This document shows, piece by piece, positions 29,006-38,900 of a stretch of 64,000 bases of DNA; within the stretch, counting starts at the first letter, position 1; each line of letters opens with the position of its first letter. Origin of the DNA: Ostreococcus lucimarinus (lineage: Eukaryota). Under the pieces are notes generated by a model that saw only the letters and a program-made list of their open reading frames with translations, did no database searches and was not told where the DNA came from. Made by a program: the position numbers and the translations under genes. Location of the stretch: the NCBI GenBank assembly GCA_000092065.1, contig CP000584.1. The stretch is one strand, 5' to 3'.

Positions 29006-32000
29006 ATGAAGATGAACCGCTTTTCCGTTGCCCACGCGTCAGAATTCTGCATTCAGCGACTCGCGCGGCGAGCACGCCGCGCTCGAAACGCCGCCAAGTT
29101 GTCGCAGGAGAACAACGATGTGTGCGCGCGCGACGAATCCACCGTCGCGCGCGACGAAGCGCGCCAAGGCCTGCTGTCGCTCGCGCGCGTCGCGAGTCGA
29201 CGCGTCGATCGCTCGTTACGACGCATGCGCGCGTCAATCAGTCGTAGACGCTCCAACAAAGGAACGGATGGCGAAGCGTGCTTAGTTTTACACGGATGGC
29301 GAAGCAACGCCGACGTGAGCGCGCTGCATGCGCGAAGGTTGCGGCTTTTGAAGCGATTTAGAAAGGCGTCGTGCGTGAATGGCTCGGAGGAGGCGCCGCA
29401 CGCGGCGGACGAGACGACGTCTGAATTAATCGATGGACCGTGGTTCTCCTGGGTCGACGACGCGAGTGATGATACGTTTGAAAATTTGGAAAGCGAGCGA
29501 GCGACGGCGTTAATGACGGCGGCGCGATCGGTGGCAAAGTTTGCCATCGAACACGGGCCGTTCAAGTGCGCGGTGGGATTTTCGCAAGGCGGCGCAATGA
29601 TCACGTTGTTGTCCAACCCGCAGGTCTTAAGCATGCTGGGGATCGAAGGGGGCTATTTGTGGGACAGTGCGGTGATTTGTTGCGGCGCGTCATCTTCATT
29701 GCTCGATCTCGCGGCGACGAAGTGGGGTATCGACGTGCGCTCGTCGGCGTCGCCGATGCCGTCGTTGCACGTGTTCGGTTTTCAAGACAAATTCAAACCA
29801 CAAGGTGAAGTGCTCATGAATACGTTCCGTGCGTACGACAGCGAGGACCAATTGATCAGACACGCTCTGTATTTAGACTGCGGTCACACGTTGCCGGCGT
29901 CGCTCGAGACGGACACTGGTTTTCACGCCGAATTCGACGCCTGGCTCGAGGCGGCGACCGAGGCGGCTCCCCGTCGTTACAGGTCAAACGAGTTCGATGA
30001 AGATGTTTTGTTCGACGACATCAAGTCGCTAGAGTATAAGTCGCTCAAGTTTAGTAATCAGCCCACCATCGAGCGCGCTGAGGCTGATATTGAGAGAGCA
30101 GAAGCGGAGGGCGCACGCGCCGCCCAAGCGACGACATTTGCTTCAGCCAGAACTCTCGCCCGAAACATCGATGTAAGCACCGCAACTGCGCCGAGCGGGA
30201 ATGATCTCACGTTCAACACGCGCTGTGCGAGTTTGGTTCAGTGTAATGTGTCGCTAAAGTCAAGCAGAGTGAATATTCTTGACTTTCTAGCGAGGGCGCC
30301 TCGAGCGTCTCCGCTTCTTCGAAGCTTGGACGGGGCAACATTGACGTACGGGCAAGCGATCGACTTCATAACAAAAGGGGACGGTGATTTACGTAAACTT
30401 GGGGCAGATTCGTCATCTGTTTTTGCGTATAATGTCCCTCCAGGCCCGGTCGGTGCGCTAGCTTTTCTCGCCGTCGCGTCGCAGTGCACCGCCGTCCCTT
30501 TGGACCCCGGCATCGCCGAGGAAGACGCCTACGAAGCCCTGACGTCGTGTCGAGTGTCAATGCTTGCGTTATTTCGAGGAACCGACACTGAAGCAATTGA
30601 AACGGCAGCTTCTCGAGCTCATATACCGATTAAATGGTTCGTGATGACGGAAGCTGATACTAAACTTGCCGGTTTGTACGCGCCGGAATCGTCTCAATCG
30701 TCAACGAGTGACGTCGCGCCGCTCGTACAATCGAGTGAAACGATCGGTCTTTTGCTTCGAACTTCTGGGACGACATCCAAGTCAAAAGTTGTTCCGTTGG
30801 TTATCGGCGCGTTGACTTCAAACGGCGCTACGCTGGCGGCTTCTCTTGAACTCAAAGCTTCAGACGTTTGCATCAACGCCATGCCTCTTTTTCACATCGG
30901 TGGCCTTTCGTGTTCCATCTTGGCGACGATCGCGGCGCACTCTTCTGTCATCTGCTGTCGTAAGTTTGACGCTCAATCGTTTTATGACACCATTACGACG
31001 TCGCATGAAGTCAAACCGACGTGGTACTCAGCAATACCGACGATTCATTTGACAGTACTGCAATACGGTCAAGCTGTGGCTCGTGGCGCAAAGCCATCGC
31101 ATGCTCTTCGTTTCATACGCTCTGGCGCGGCGGCGCTCAGCCATGCCGACGCAGAAAAGTTGCAACGATTTTGGGACGTGCCGATAATACCGACGTATAG
31201 TATGAGTGAACAAATGCCGATCACTGGTAAAGGTGTCCACGTTCCGCTCGCCGAGCGTGCGGATACCGTGGGCCAGCCTCTCTGTTGTTCGTTTGCGCTC
31301 GTCGGTGATGGTCATTGCAGACTCACGGCACCTTTTGGACAGCAAGGTGAACTCGTCATCAGCGGTGATAACGTGATGACGGCGTATCAAGATGCGGAAG
31401 AAGCTAACAATAAGACTTACTTCTACGTTGCCGATAAGCGTTACCTTCGCACTGGCGACATCGCAAAGATGGACCACGATGGGTTTGTGTACTTGACTGG
31501 TCGTAGTAAGGAACTTATCAAGCGCGGGGGTGAGCAAGTGAGCCCATTAAAAGTCGAGGCTGTGCTCGTGCAGCATCCATACGTGCGTGTTGCGGTAGTC
31601 TTCAGCGTTCCTTCGGCGCTTTGGGGAGAAGAAGTGGGCGCCGCGATCGTATTGACCGACGACTTTGATGGGCACGAAGACTCGGCGCTCTCTTCAATCA
31701 AGTCTTTCATGGGAACATCGAAAGAACTATCTCGATTTGAAATTCCTGTACACTGGAAATTTGTCGCTGACGAAGATTTACCCAAAACATCGACGAAAAA
31801 GTATAAGCGTGCGGGTTTGGCCGAGATTTTAAACGTCGCGAAGAAAGTCGACGCGTGCACTTTGCGGCACTCTAAAAAGGTGACGACCCCGTCGCATGGT
31901 CTTGCAGGCTTGCGCTATTGTATGGCTGTAGGTGTGATGTTTAACCACATAGGTGCCATTTGGCAAGGCGAGGACGAACGTGATCCTTTGACGTATGGTC

Positions 32001-33667
32001 CAGCGTGGATGTCTGCCAAGGCGACGACGTTTTACTTTCCAGCGACAACTTTCTTTGTGCTGGGTGGCTTCACGCTCAGCGCCGCACTGAACGGCAAGGA
32101 AATCACAAAAGGAACATGGGGATCGTTCTATAATTCAAGGTTTCAAACACTCTTTCCTCTGTACTTGCTGTCTTTGTTTCTCGGTCTGATCAACGTCCTC
32201 GTGGTGTGTCGCCCGGAAACTTTTAGTAGCGAATTTAGCTGGCAACCACATAACGCAACGCTCACGCTCGACTCTGGGGCGTGGGCGCAATGCCAGACCG
32301 GTCCAGTGGAGATGCCCTACGGCGCTTGGCTCTTCATGACCCTCATCGTTTTCTCTTTCGGGTTGCAAACTTGGTTCCCGCTGTGGCTTCTCAGCTCGTG
32401 GTTCATGTACTACACGTGGTTCAACGGCGTTTACTATTTCATTATTCTCGTGTTTCCTTTCATGCACAACGCGCTCGCTCGCGTCAAAGGCGAATTCAAA
32501 GCCGTACTGAGATGGTTCATCGTTTACTGTGTCGGTACTCTTATCACCGCCGGGCTTTTGGGATTGTACTACGCCTTACCGGCGTGGGAAGAGCACGACG
32601 ATGTCGCCAAAGTGAAGAGCTGGAAAGAAAATGTGCAGAACATCTACGCACTCAGCACAATGATGTTTCCGCCGTATTGGGTGCCATGTGTCGGTACGGG
32701 TATGGCCGCATACTTTTGGTACGACGCCGTACGGCCAGTAGAGTCGCACAAGCGCGCGTTGTACGGCCACTGCGCCGATGTGCTCACGCTCGCATTTTTC
32801 GCCTTCCATCTCGCCCATTTCCTTGACATTGATTGGCCTTATCCGACCAACGTCACGGGCAAGATGTGGGAAGTTGTACCCGAAGAGCATCATCGCTGGG
32901 ATACAGGCATCAATCGCTATGTATGGAGCGTCATGATCACTCGGTTGTATTCTCCGTTGATCGCCGTCTGGATCGCTCTGCTGTCGATACCGAAGGGCAG
33001 CCGAACGACTCGCCTTCTTGAATCAAACTTACTAAGCAAAGTGCTCGCCCCGACGAGTTATGGTTGCTTCTTGTTCCACCAGATCATTGGACAGTGGTAT
33101 TGGTGGGCGACTCGTAATGGAAATGGCATCAAGACCGCAGACGTTGGCGACAAGACGTCGTGGATGTGGTGGGCGTATCCGAAGGAATATTACTGGTTCT
33201 CGCCGCAGCCGTTACCTGTGGCGTGGTACGAGTTCTTCTTCATCGTCGGAATGACGACGTGCTTTTCGGCGGCGGTAGACAGGTGGCTCAATACTCCACT
33301 GACGGTGCTATGGATCAAGTTTATAACCTTCTTCCGGAATATTATATGGCCGAATTCGGCGAAGAGCGCGGAGACTTCGGGTAGCAGCGAGGAGTCGTCG
33401 CCTGAAGACGCGGTGATCAAAGCAGTCGCCGCGGTCACGGGCGTCGACGAACGAGTGTCTCTCGACGACTCCTTTGATGAGATCGGTCTCGTTTCTGTCG
33501 GTCTGCCAGTGCTCGTGGGTATAATCAACGCCGGCGAACAATTCGCCGTCATCTCGGCTCAAGAAATAGCGACGTGCGCGAACCTTCGTGACGTCGTCAG
33601 AATAATCGCTTCCAAGCGTGAATCGGCTCGATCGAGTGTAGGGTTTGGAACTAGAAGCTCTCTGTAA
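29006..33667 (+). CDS. multidomain fusion: FSH1-type serine hydrolase + AMP-dependent synthetase/ligase (adenylation) + acyltransferase-3 (OafA-like) 10-12 TM domain + C-terminal carrier-protein-like domain
   Basis: This is one uninterrupted 1553-aa ORF. The FSH1 part has CLVLHGWRSNAD...GFSQGGAM. The ANL adenylation motifs are LLRTSGTTSKSKVVPL, LFHIGG, TYSMSE, YLRTGDIAKMDHDGFVYLTGRSKELIKRGGEQVSPLKVE and PKTSTKKYKR. The Acyl_transf_3 N-motif is GLAGLRYCMAVGVMFNHI, followed by many aromatic-rich TM helices. The C-terminus (VIKAVAAVTGVDERVSLDDSFDEIGLVSVGL) resembles an ACP/PCP 4'-phosphopantetheine site. Confidence 0.8.
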   Translation: MKMNRFSVAHASEFCIQRLARRARRARNAAKLSQENNDVCARDESTVARDEARQGLLSLARVASRRVDRSLRRMRASISRRRSNKGTDGEACLVLHGWRSNADVSALHARRLRLLKRFRKASCVNGSEEAPHAADETTSELIDGPWFSWVDDASDDTFENLESERATALMTAARSVAKFAIEHGPFKCAVGFSQGGAMITLLSNPQVLSMLGIEGGYLWDSAVICCGASSSLLDLAATKWGIDVRSSASPMPSLHVFGFQDKFKPQGEVLMNTFRAYDSEDQLIRHALYLDCGHTLPASLETDTGFHAEFDAWLEAATEAAPRRYRSNEFDEDVLFDDIKSLEYKSLKFSNQPTIERAEADIERAEAEGARAAQATTFASARTLARNIDVSTATAPSGNDLTFNTRCASLVQCNVSLKSSRVNILDFLARAPRASPLLRSLDGATLTYGQAIDFITKGDGDLRKLGADSSSVFAYNVPPGPVGALAFLAVASQCTAVPLDPGIAEEDAYEALTSCRVSMLALFRGTDTEAIETAASRAHIPIKWFVMTEADTKLAGLYAPESSQSSTSDVAPLVQSSETIGLLLRTSGTTSKSKVVPLVIGALTSNGATLAASLELKASDVCINAMPLFHIGGLSCSILATIAAHSSVICCRKFDAQSFYDTITTSHEVKPTWYSAIPTIHLTVLQYGQAVARGAKPSHALRFIRSGAAALSHADAEKLQRFWDVPIIPTYSMSEQMPITGKGVHVPLAERADTVGQPLCCSFALVGDGHCRLTAPFGQQGELVISGDNVMTAYQDAEEANNKTYFYVADKRYLRTGDIAKMDHDGFVYLTGRSKELIKRGGEQVSPLKVEAVLVQHPYVRVAVVFSVPSALWGEEVGAAIVLTDDFDGHEDSALSSIKSFMGTSKELSRFEIPVHWKFVADEDLPKTSTKKYKRAGLAEILNVAKKVDACTLRHSKKVTTPSHGLAGLRYCMAVGVMFNHIGAIWQGEDERDPLTYGPAWMSAKATTFYFPATTFFVLGGFTLSAALNGKEITKGTWGSFYNSRFQTLFPLYLLSLFLGLINVLVVCRPETFSSEFSWQPHNATLTLDSGAWAQCQTGPVEMPYGAWLFMTLIVFSFGLQTWFPLWLLSSWFMYYTWFNGVYYFIILVFPFMHNALARVKGEFKAVLRWFIVYCVGTLITAGLLGLYYALPAWEEHDDVAKVKSWKENVQNIYALSTMMFPPYWVPCVGTGMAAYFWYDAVRPVESHKRALYGHCADVLTLAFFAFHLAHFLDIDWPYPTNVTGKMWEVVPEEHHRWDTGINRYVWSVMITRLYSPLIAVWIALLSIPKGSRTTRLLESNLLSKVLAPTSYGCFLFHQIIGQWYWWATRNGNGIKTADVGDKTSWMWWAYPKEYYWFSPQPLPVAWYEFFFIVGMTTCFSAAVDRWLNTPLTVLWIKFITFFRNIIWPNSAKSAETSGSSEESSPEDAVIKAVAAVTGVDERVSLDDSFDEIGLVSVGLPVLVGIINAGEQFAVISAQEIATCANLRDVVRIIASKRESARSSVGFGTRSSL

Positions 33668-34039
33668 TAAGTTATCACACGCTAAGCATCATCGTCACTC
33701 AAACGACGACGAGTTGCGTATCCTCTCCTTGTGCTCGTGCGCCTCGCGTCCGAGGAAAACCTTTGCTCGACTGATTCAGTCACGTCACAACCCAGACGCC
33801 ATGAACTCGATCAAGCGTGCGATCGCGCGCGTGCTGGCGTCAGACGAGTTACACTACGCCATCATCCCCGTCATCATCATCGTCGGTATGAACACGACGC
33901 CGAAACCGAGCATTTTGTCGCTCTTGACGCCGATTTAGACGAGTGTAGAGATCTAGAGATTAGCAACGAACGAACGCATCGACCGCGACACGGATACGAG
34001 TGTAATGAAAACGAAGTGGTTTGTTACAAGTTGCGCGTT

Positions 34040-35674
34040 TTAGCTTCGCTCGCGCAGGCGTCGATCAAAGTCGGAGAGGTCGTAATCATCGCCGGCGCCC
34101 TCGTTGGACGTGTACACGGCGTCACCCACGACGCGCTGGGACGCAGCTGAGCTCGCGGCGGCGAGCTTGGCGGCTAAACGAGGCTCTGGACTCGCGATAC
34201 GGCGAGCTGCGAGCAATCGAGAGTTATTGCGAGCATCGATTTCCCGGTTCTTGCCTTGGTTGCGGAAATAGCGCAACAGCGGAACGACGAAGAATAATAC
34301 GCCGTAGCTCAGTAAACCGGGGAGCAAGCCCGAGAAGGCGCGCGCCAACTCCACGTACTCTCGGGTGCGGTACATGATTTGCGGGTCGTTAATCATCTGC
34401 GCCAAAATCACCACCCCCACTAAGTTCGCAACGCCGAGTAAACCCGCTTGAATCTTTTGCGACGGCTCGGCGAGCGAAAACACCCATCGCTCCTCTTGCG
34501 CCAACGCCTCACTTTCGCCTCTACTTCGCGCCGTTGTTTTTCCAGCGGTGGACTCCATGTTAGGAAATCGATAAATGATCGATCCTGTGACGGTATTCAC
34601 CTCTGGCGTGCCCTCGAAGCGGGTGAGCGCGGGCAAGACAAAGGACTCGTCTTCGTATCCCGCCGTGTCCAGAAACGGCGCCAACTGCTCCGCCGTCACA
34701 ACGCCCTTATTCTTTTGAATCAAGCGTCCAACCAACTCCCAACGCCGCTTTTCGAAATCCAAGTTCGGATCGCCGTCGCCGAAAACAAAACTGAAGACAG
34801 CCTCAAAAAAGTTCATCTCTCTGTCGCGTCTTCGCGGTCGGCGATAGTAGTACGGATCCCAATACCAAAACAAATCAAACGGCGAAATGTAAAAGCGCGG
34901 CCCAGCGAAGCCACCACCGCGCCGATCTGAACGATCGTCACTACTCTTGGCGCTCATGAGGGCGAAGATGGCGGTGTAGACAATCATCACGCTCGCCACG
35001 AGCGACGTTCCAAACGCCACGCGAAAAACGTACGAAGCTAAGCTTTTCGCCCCGCTCACGATCGGTTCGATCTTCATCTTGAACGATTTCGAGCTCAAAA
35101 TCCCTCGTGTCGACCTGGGAAACACGTATGTGAGATCGCCCGCGCTGGATACTTCCAAAGTCGCTCCTGTGTCCGCCGCCAGCGCGTTGAGCGCCTTTTG
35201 CGTCTCGAACACGCTCGCCCCCGAAATCGAGCTCACGTCCCCCACAGTGGCGCGATACTGCGCCTTCTCGATCGCTTTAAGTGTTTTTTCGCGCAATTCA
35301 GCGTTCAAATCATCGCTCTCCACGCGTCCTCCCGGGGCGACGGCGAGCTTGTCGTCCTCCGCGAGCGCGCTCTCGCGAGGCAGGTCCAACTCGACTCGAT
35401 CGTCGTAGTCCCATCCTCCTCGCGCGCGCGTCGTCACCGCTCCATCGCGCGCGCGCGCGAAGCGCGTCTTTCGCGCGACGCGCCCGTCCTCAGCGCGCGT
35501 CGCCGCGTCGCTCGCCCGCGCGCGCGACCTCGTCGGCGTCATCTTGGACGACGCGCGAACGACGACGACGACGACGCGCGGCGACGACGACGACGCGCGC
35601 GCTCGAACGGCGCCGACCGCGAGCGGCGGCATCGCGCGCGAGTTGTGCGTCGTCGGCACCGCGGTGGCGCGCAT
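34040..35674 (-). CDS. conserved plastid-type membrane protein (Arabidopsis At5g03900-like family), with transit peptide
   Basis: An N-terminal S/R/A-rich presequence is followed by LREKTLKAIEKAQYRATVGDVS...LEVSSAGDLTYVFP, TM helices and the conserved FEAVFSFVFGDGDPN...RWELVGRLI...VTAEQLAPFLD. The start is taken at an internal ATG; the ORF extends to 35773. Confidence 0.6.
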   Translation of the reverse strand: MRATAVPTTHNSRAMPPLAVGAVRARASSSSPRVVVVVVRASSKMTPTRSRARASDAATRAEDGRVARKTRFARARDGAVTTRARGGWDYDDRVELDLPRESALAEDDKLAVAPGGRVESDDLNAELREKTLKAIEKAQYRATVGDVSSISGASVFETQKALNALAADTGATLEVSSAGDLTYVFPRSTRGILSSKSFKMKIEPIVSGAKSLASYVFRVAFGTSLVASVMIVYTAIFALMSAKSSDDRSDRRGGGFAGPRFYISPFDLFWYWDPYYYRRPRRRDREMNFFEAVFSFVFGDGDPNLDFEKRRWELVGRLIQKNKGVVTAEQLAPFLDTAGYEDESFVLPALTRFEGTPEVNTVTGSIIYRFPNMESTAGKTTARSRGESEALAQEERWVFSLAEPSQKIQAGLLGVANLVGVVILAQMINDPQIMYRTREYVELARAFSGLLPGLLSYGVLFFVVPLLRYFRNQGKNREIDARNNSRLLAARRIASPEPRLAAKLAAASSAASQRVVGDAVYTSNEGAGDDYDLSDFDRRLRERS

Positions 35675-35762
35675 GTCGATCGAAGCGAAGGGCGCGTCGT
35701 GAGATGACGCGATGCGACGCGAAGGACGAGCGAGCGACAGTGCGAGACGCGCGACGCGCGCG

Positions 35763-37628
35763 ATGTCTCGCAAGGGCGGATGGGGACGCGGGGACGAGGA
35801 TGATTATTACGACGATTACGACGACGACGAGGCGTACGACGACGACGACGAGGCGTACGACGACGACGACGAAGCCGCAGGCGCCGGGCGCGAGGCCCTC
35901 GAGCGAGCCGAGGATGGCGAGCGCGCGACGACGGGCGCGAGGGCGGCGAAGACGAGCAAGGCGATGGAGTTGATGAAGACGAAACCGACGCCCACGCGCG
36001 TGGGGATGAAAGAGATCGAGGCGCGGATGGCGGCGGAGAGAAACGCGAGGTATCCCGCGGCGCCGCGCGGGCCGAGCGGAGGCGGCGCGAGCGCGGGGAA
36101 GTTTGCGTTCGATACGCCTTCACCGGACGCGGCAGCGGCGGCGGCGCGAGCGCGGGGGAGTAAGTCTGGGGCGAGCGCGGCGATGGAAACGACGGAAACG
36201 CTCGTGAAAGAATTTGCGGCCAAGACGCGAGTCGGCGGCGACGCGACCGCGTTTGCGGGATACGAAGCTTCGAGCGCCGAGCGCGCGGCGTACACCTCAC
36301 CGGAGGGCGGTGACGTGCACGTCGTGATATTAGGACACGTTGATGCGGGGAAATCGACGCTTAGTGGGCGATTGATGTACGCTTTGAAAGCGGTCGATGA
36401 CAGAGCGATGCATAAAAACGTGCGCGATTCCAAGGCGAGCGGGAAATCGTCGTTCGCCTGGGCTTGGGTGATGGACTGTAGACCGGAAGAACGAGAGCGC
36501 GGGGTGACGATAGACGTCAGCATGAAGCGATGTGTGTTAGATGGACATCGACAGTTGGTAGTTTTAGATGCTCCTGGGCACAAAGATTTCGTGCCGAACG
36601 CGATTTCCGGCGCGTCGCAAGCCGACGCGGGCGTTTTGGTCATTGACGGCGCGATGGGTGGATTTGAAAACGGTTTCGCTGCGACTCCAGGTCACACGGG
36701 ACAAACGCGCGAGCACGCGCGATTGGCGCGGGCGCTTGGTTTACATTCCCTCATCGTCGTCATCAATAAGATGGACTGCGTTGAGTATGGAGAGGAGCGA
36801 TTTAGATTTGTCGTCGATGCGCTTCAAAACTTTCTCATCGACGACGTCGGTTTTAGCCAAGAACAGCTCACGTTCGTGCCGGTTTCGGGGATTGAGGGTA
36901 CAAATATTTCGCCCGATGACGCGGCTGCATTGCCCGATGCATTGGCCTCGTGGTATCGAGGCCCGACGCTCGTAGACGCGTTGCGAGCGGTTAAAATTCC
37001 ATCTCGAGGAGCGCCGAAACCGCTTCGCATGCCAATCGCAGACATCATCACCGAAGTGCGCTCTCTCGGTGGAGCCGCGTGCGGTGGTAAGATCGAAGCT
37101 GGAAGCTTGATGAAAGGTCAAAAGCTACTCGTGATGCCGGCCAACGTTTCGGCCACTGTGAAGTGCGTGGAAGTGGACGGAATAGCCGTCGACTTTGCGC
37201 CGATTGGCACATCCGTGGACGTCGGCTTGAGCGACGTGGATTCGCGGCATTTAGAAGTCGGGAGCGTTTTATGCCATGCGTCGCATCCAATAACGCCCAC
37301 GGATGAGATTGAAGTCCGTGTGCTCACGACGGACATGCTTCGTGTGCCTTTACTCAAAGGCTCAAGGGTTGTTTTGCATTCGCACATGCTCGCGTGCGAC
37401 GCAACGATTGAGGAACTCGTCGCGCAAGTGGACACGGTGACGGGAGACGTGGTAAAGGCAAGTCCTCGGTGTATTACGCGCGAACAGAGCGCTATTTTGC
37501 GTATTCGCACGTCTAGGAATATTTGCGTCGAACCGGTCGAGATTTCACCGACGTTAAGCCGCGTGACGCTTCGCATGAATGGCAAAACCATGGCGCTCGG
37601 TGTGGTGACTGCGATTTGGCGCTCTTAG
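35763..37628 (+). CDS. HBS1: HBS1-like translational GTPase (eRF3/EF1A superfamily, mRNA surveillance)
   Basis: An acidic Tyr-rich N-terminus (MSRKGG...DDYYDDYDDDEAYDDDDEAYDDDDE) precedes GTPase motifs G1 GHVDAGKST, G2 RGVTID, G3 DAPGH and G4 NKMD. The beta-barrel domains II and III follow. Confidence 0.85.
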   Translation: MSRKGGWGRGDEDDYYDDYDDDEAYDDDDEAYDDDDEAAGAGREALERAEDGERATTGARAAKTSKAMELMKTKPTPTRVGMKEIEARMAAERNARYPAAPRGPSGGGASAGKFAFDTPSPDAAAAAARARGSKSGASAAMETTETLVKEFAAKTRVGGDATAFAGYEASSAERAAYTSPEGGDVHVVILGHVDAGKSTLSGRLMYALKAVDDRAMHKNVRDSKASGKSSFAWAWVMDCRPEERERGVTIDVSMKRCVLDGHRQLVVLDAPGHKDFVPNAISGASQADAGVLVIDGAMGGFENGFAATPGHTGQTREHARLARALGLHSLIVVINKMDCVEYGEERFRFVVDALQNFLIDDVGFSQEQLTFVPVSGIEGTNISPDDAAALPDALASWYRGPTLVDALRAVKIPSRGAPKPLRMPIADIITEVRSLGGAACGGKIEAGSLMKGQKLLVMPANVSATVKCVEVDGIAVDFAPIGTSVDVGLSDVDSRHLEVGSVLCHASHPITPTDEIEVRVLTTDMLRVPLLKGSRVVLHSHMLACDATIEELVAQVDTVTGDVVKASPRCITREQSAILRIRTSRNICVEPVEISPTLSRVTLRMNGKTMALGVVTAIWRS

Positions 37629-37646
37629 TTGGCTAATTTCTAATTT

Positions 37647-38900
37647 CTACTTTGGAACGCCGTACACGACTTGATTCGCGCCTTCTATATCTAGATACTG
37701 TACTTCGCCCCCCGTTTTTCGCGCGAGATAATCCACGAGCGCCATTCTCTCGGTCACCGGCGCGCCGTCGCGGTCTCGTCTGTGCTTGAACAAATCCGGA
37801 AAGACGCAACACGGAACTACGGCGAACGGCTTACTGTATTGCAGCGCGAAATCGACGATCGCTTCGGTGGCCTGATCTGGATGCATACCGATAATGGCCG
37901 AACAATCTTTGAACTGTGCGAAATTTTCACTGGAAAACTCTGTTCGAATTTGCTCGCACAGCATCGATTCCGCCTCCGGCGCCGTCGACTCGTCCGTCTT
38001 CAACTTCTTCTTCAGCCACTTGTGCTGTTTCTTGTTCAGCTTTCGCTCGCGCGGTTCGACAAGCGTGCTTTTGATTCCTAATTTTGTATGTAACTCAAAC
38101 GACACATCGCCTCGTCCGCCCGCGACGTCCAAAACGCCGGTACCCGCGTTTAAAACTTCGGCGCCAAACTTTTCGAGCAAAAATTGCGCGAATCGCTGCG
38201 CACGCATTTGTTTGCTCGCCACCGAGTCTCCGTGCGGGTCCCCGCACTCTTTAGCCGCGATTTCCCGTCTATTCGCCTTACGCGCCGCGATCCATTCGCG
38301 TTGCACCGCTCGATCGTGCGCATACTTGCACTTGTCGCCTTTGGCGCAAAATGCGTTATTGATGAAGAACTTGCACGCGCCGACGCTCGCTCCGTCGGCG
38401 ACTCTCGAACTCGCCTCGCCGCCGATCCCACTCTCGCCTCCTTCGTTCGGGAGGTACAACTCGCGCTGAAACGCTTTCCCTGGATTCACTTTCGCCCACT
38501 CTTCGACGATCTCGACCACTTCCTCGCACGCCAACGACCACTCGCCGTGCGCGTTCGCCGCTCGCCGCGAGAGCGTCCCGCGAAACGCGCCCGTGTTCCC
38601 GAGCTTCAACGACGTCTTTTGCGCCCACGCCACGTCTTCGTGCGTCACGAACGCACCATGCGACGCCTTCACCACCATTTCGATCAGCTCGCCAGCGCTC
38701 AACGCCGCGTGCGCCCGCGCGCGTCGTCCGTCGTCTCGCAAAGTCGCGTCGTCCGCGCCAACCGCCGCCGCATCGAGCGCGTCGTCCACGCGCACGTCGT
38801 AAAATGCCAAGCGCTTGCTCACGCGACGTCGACCGATGATGCGTCCGCGCACGATGACGTCAACCGCGCTCGCGCCGTCGTCGGCGGCGGCGGCGCGCAT
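37647..38900 (-). CDS. CCCH zinc-finger SAM-dependent methyltransferase with N-terminal tRNA-anticodon-type OB fold (tRNA-modifying, TRM13/TRM44-like)
   Basis: The N-terminal VDVIVRGRIIGRRRVSKRLAFYDVR resembles the class-IIb aaRS anticodon-binding OB fold. The CCCH finger is CKFFINNAFCAKGDKCKYAH. The methyltransferase core is VLDVAGGRGDVSFEL...AIIGMHPDQATE...PFAVVPCC. The subfamily assignment is uncertain. Confidence 0.6.
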   Translation of the reverse strand: MRAAAADDGASAVDVIVRGRIIGRRRVSKRLAFYDVRVDDALDAAAVGADDATLRDDGRRARAHAALSAGELIEMVVKASHGAFVTHEDVAWAQKTSLKLGNTGAFRGTLSRRAANAHGEWSLACEEVVEIVEEWAKVNPGKAFQRELYLPNEGGESGIGGEASSRVADGASVGACKFFINNAFCAKGDKCKYAHDRAVQREWIAARKANRREIAAKECGDPHGDSVASKQMRAQRFAQFLLEKFGAEVLNAGTGVLDVAGGRGDVSFELHTKLGIKSTLVEPRERKLNKKQHKWLKKKLKTDESTAPEAESMLCEQIRTEFSSENFAQFKDCSAIIGMHPDQATEAIVDFALQYSKPFAVVPCCVFPDLFKHRRDRDGAPVTERMALVDYLARKTGGEVQYLDIEGANQVVYGVPK

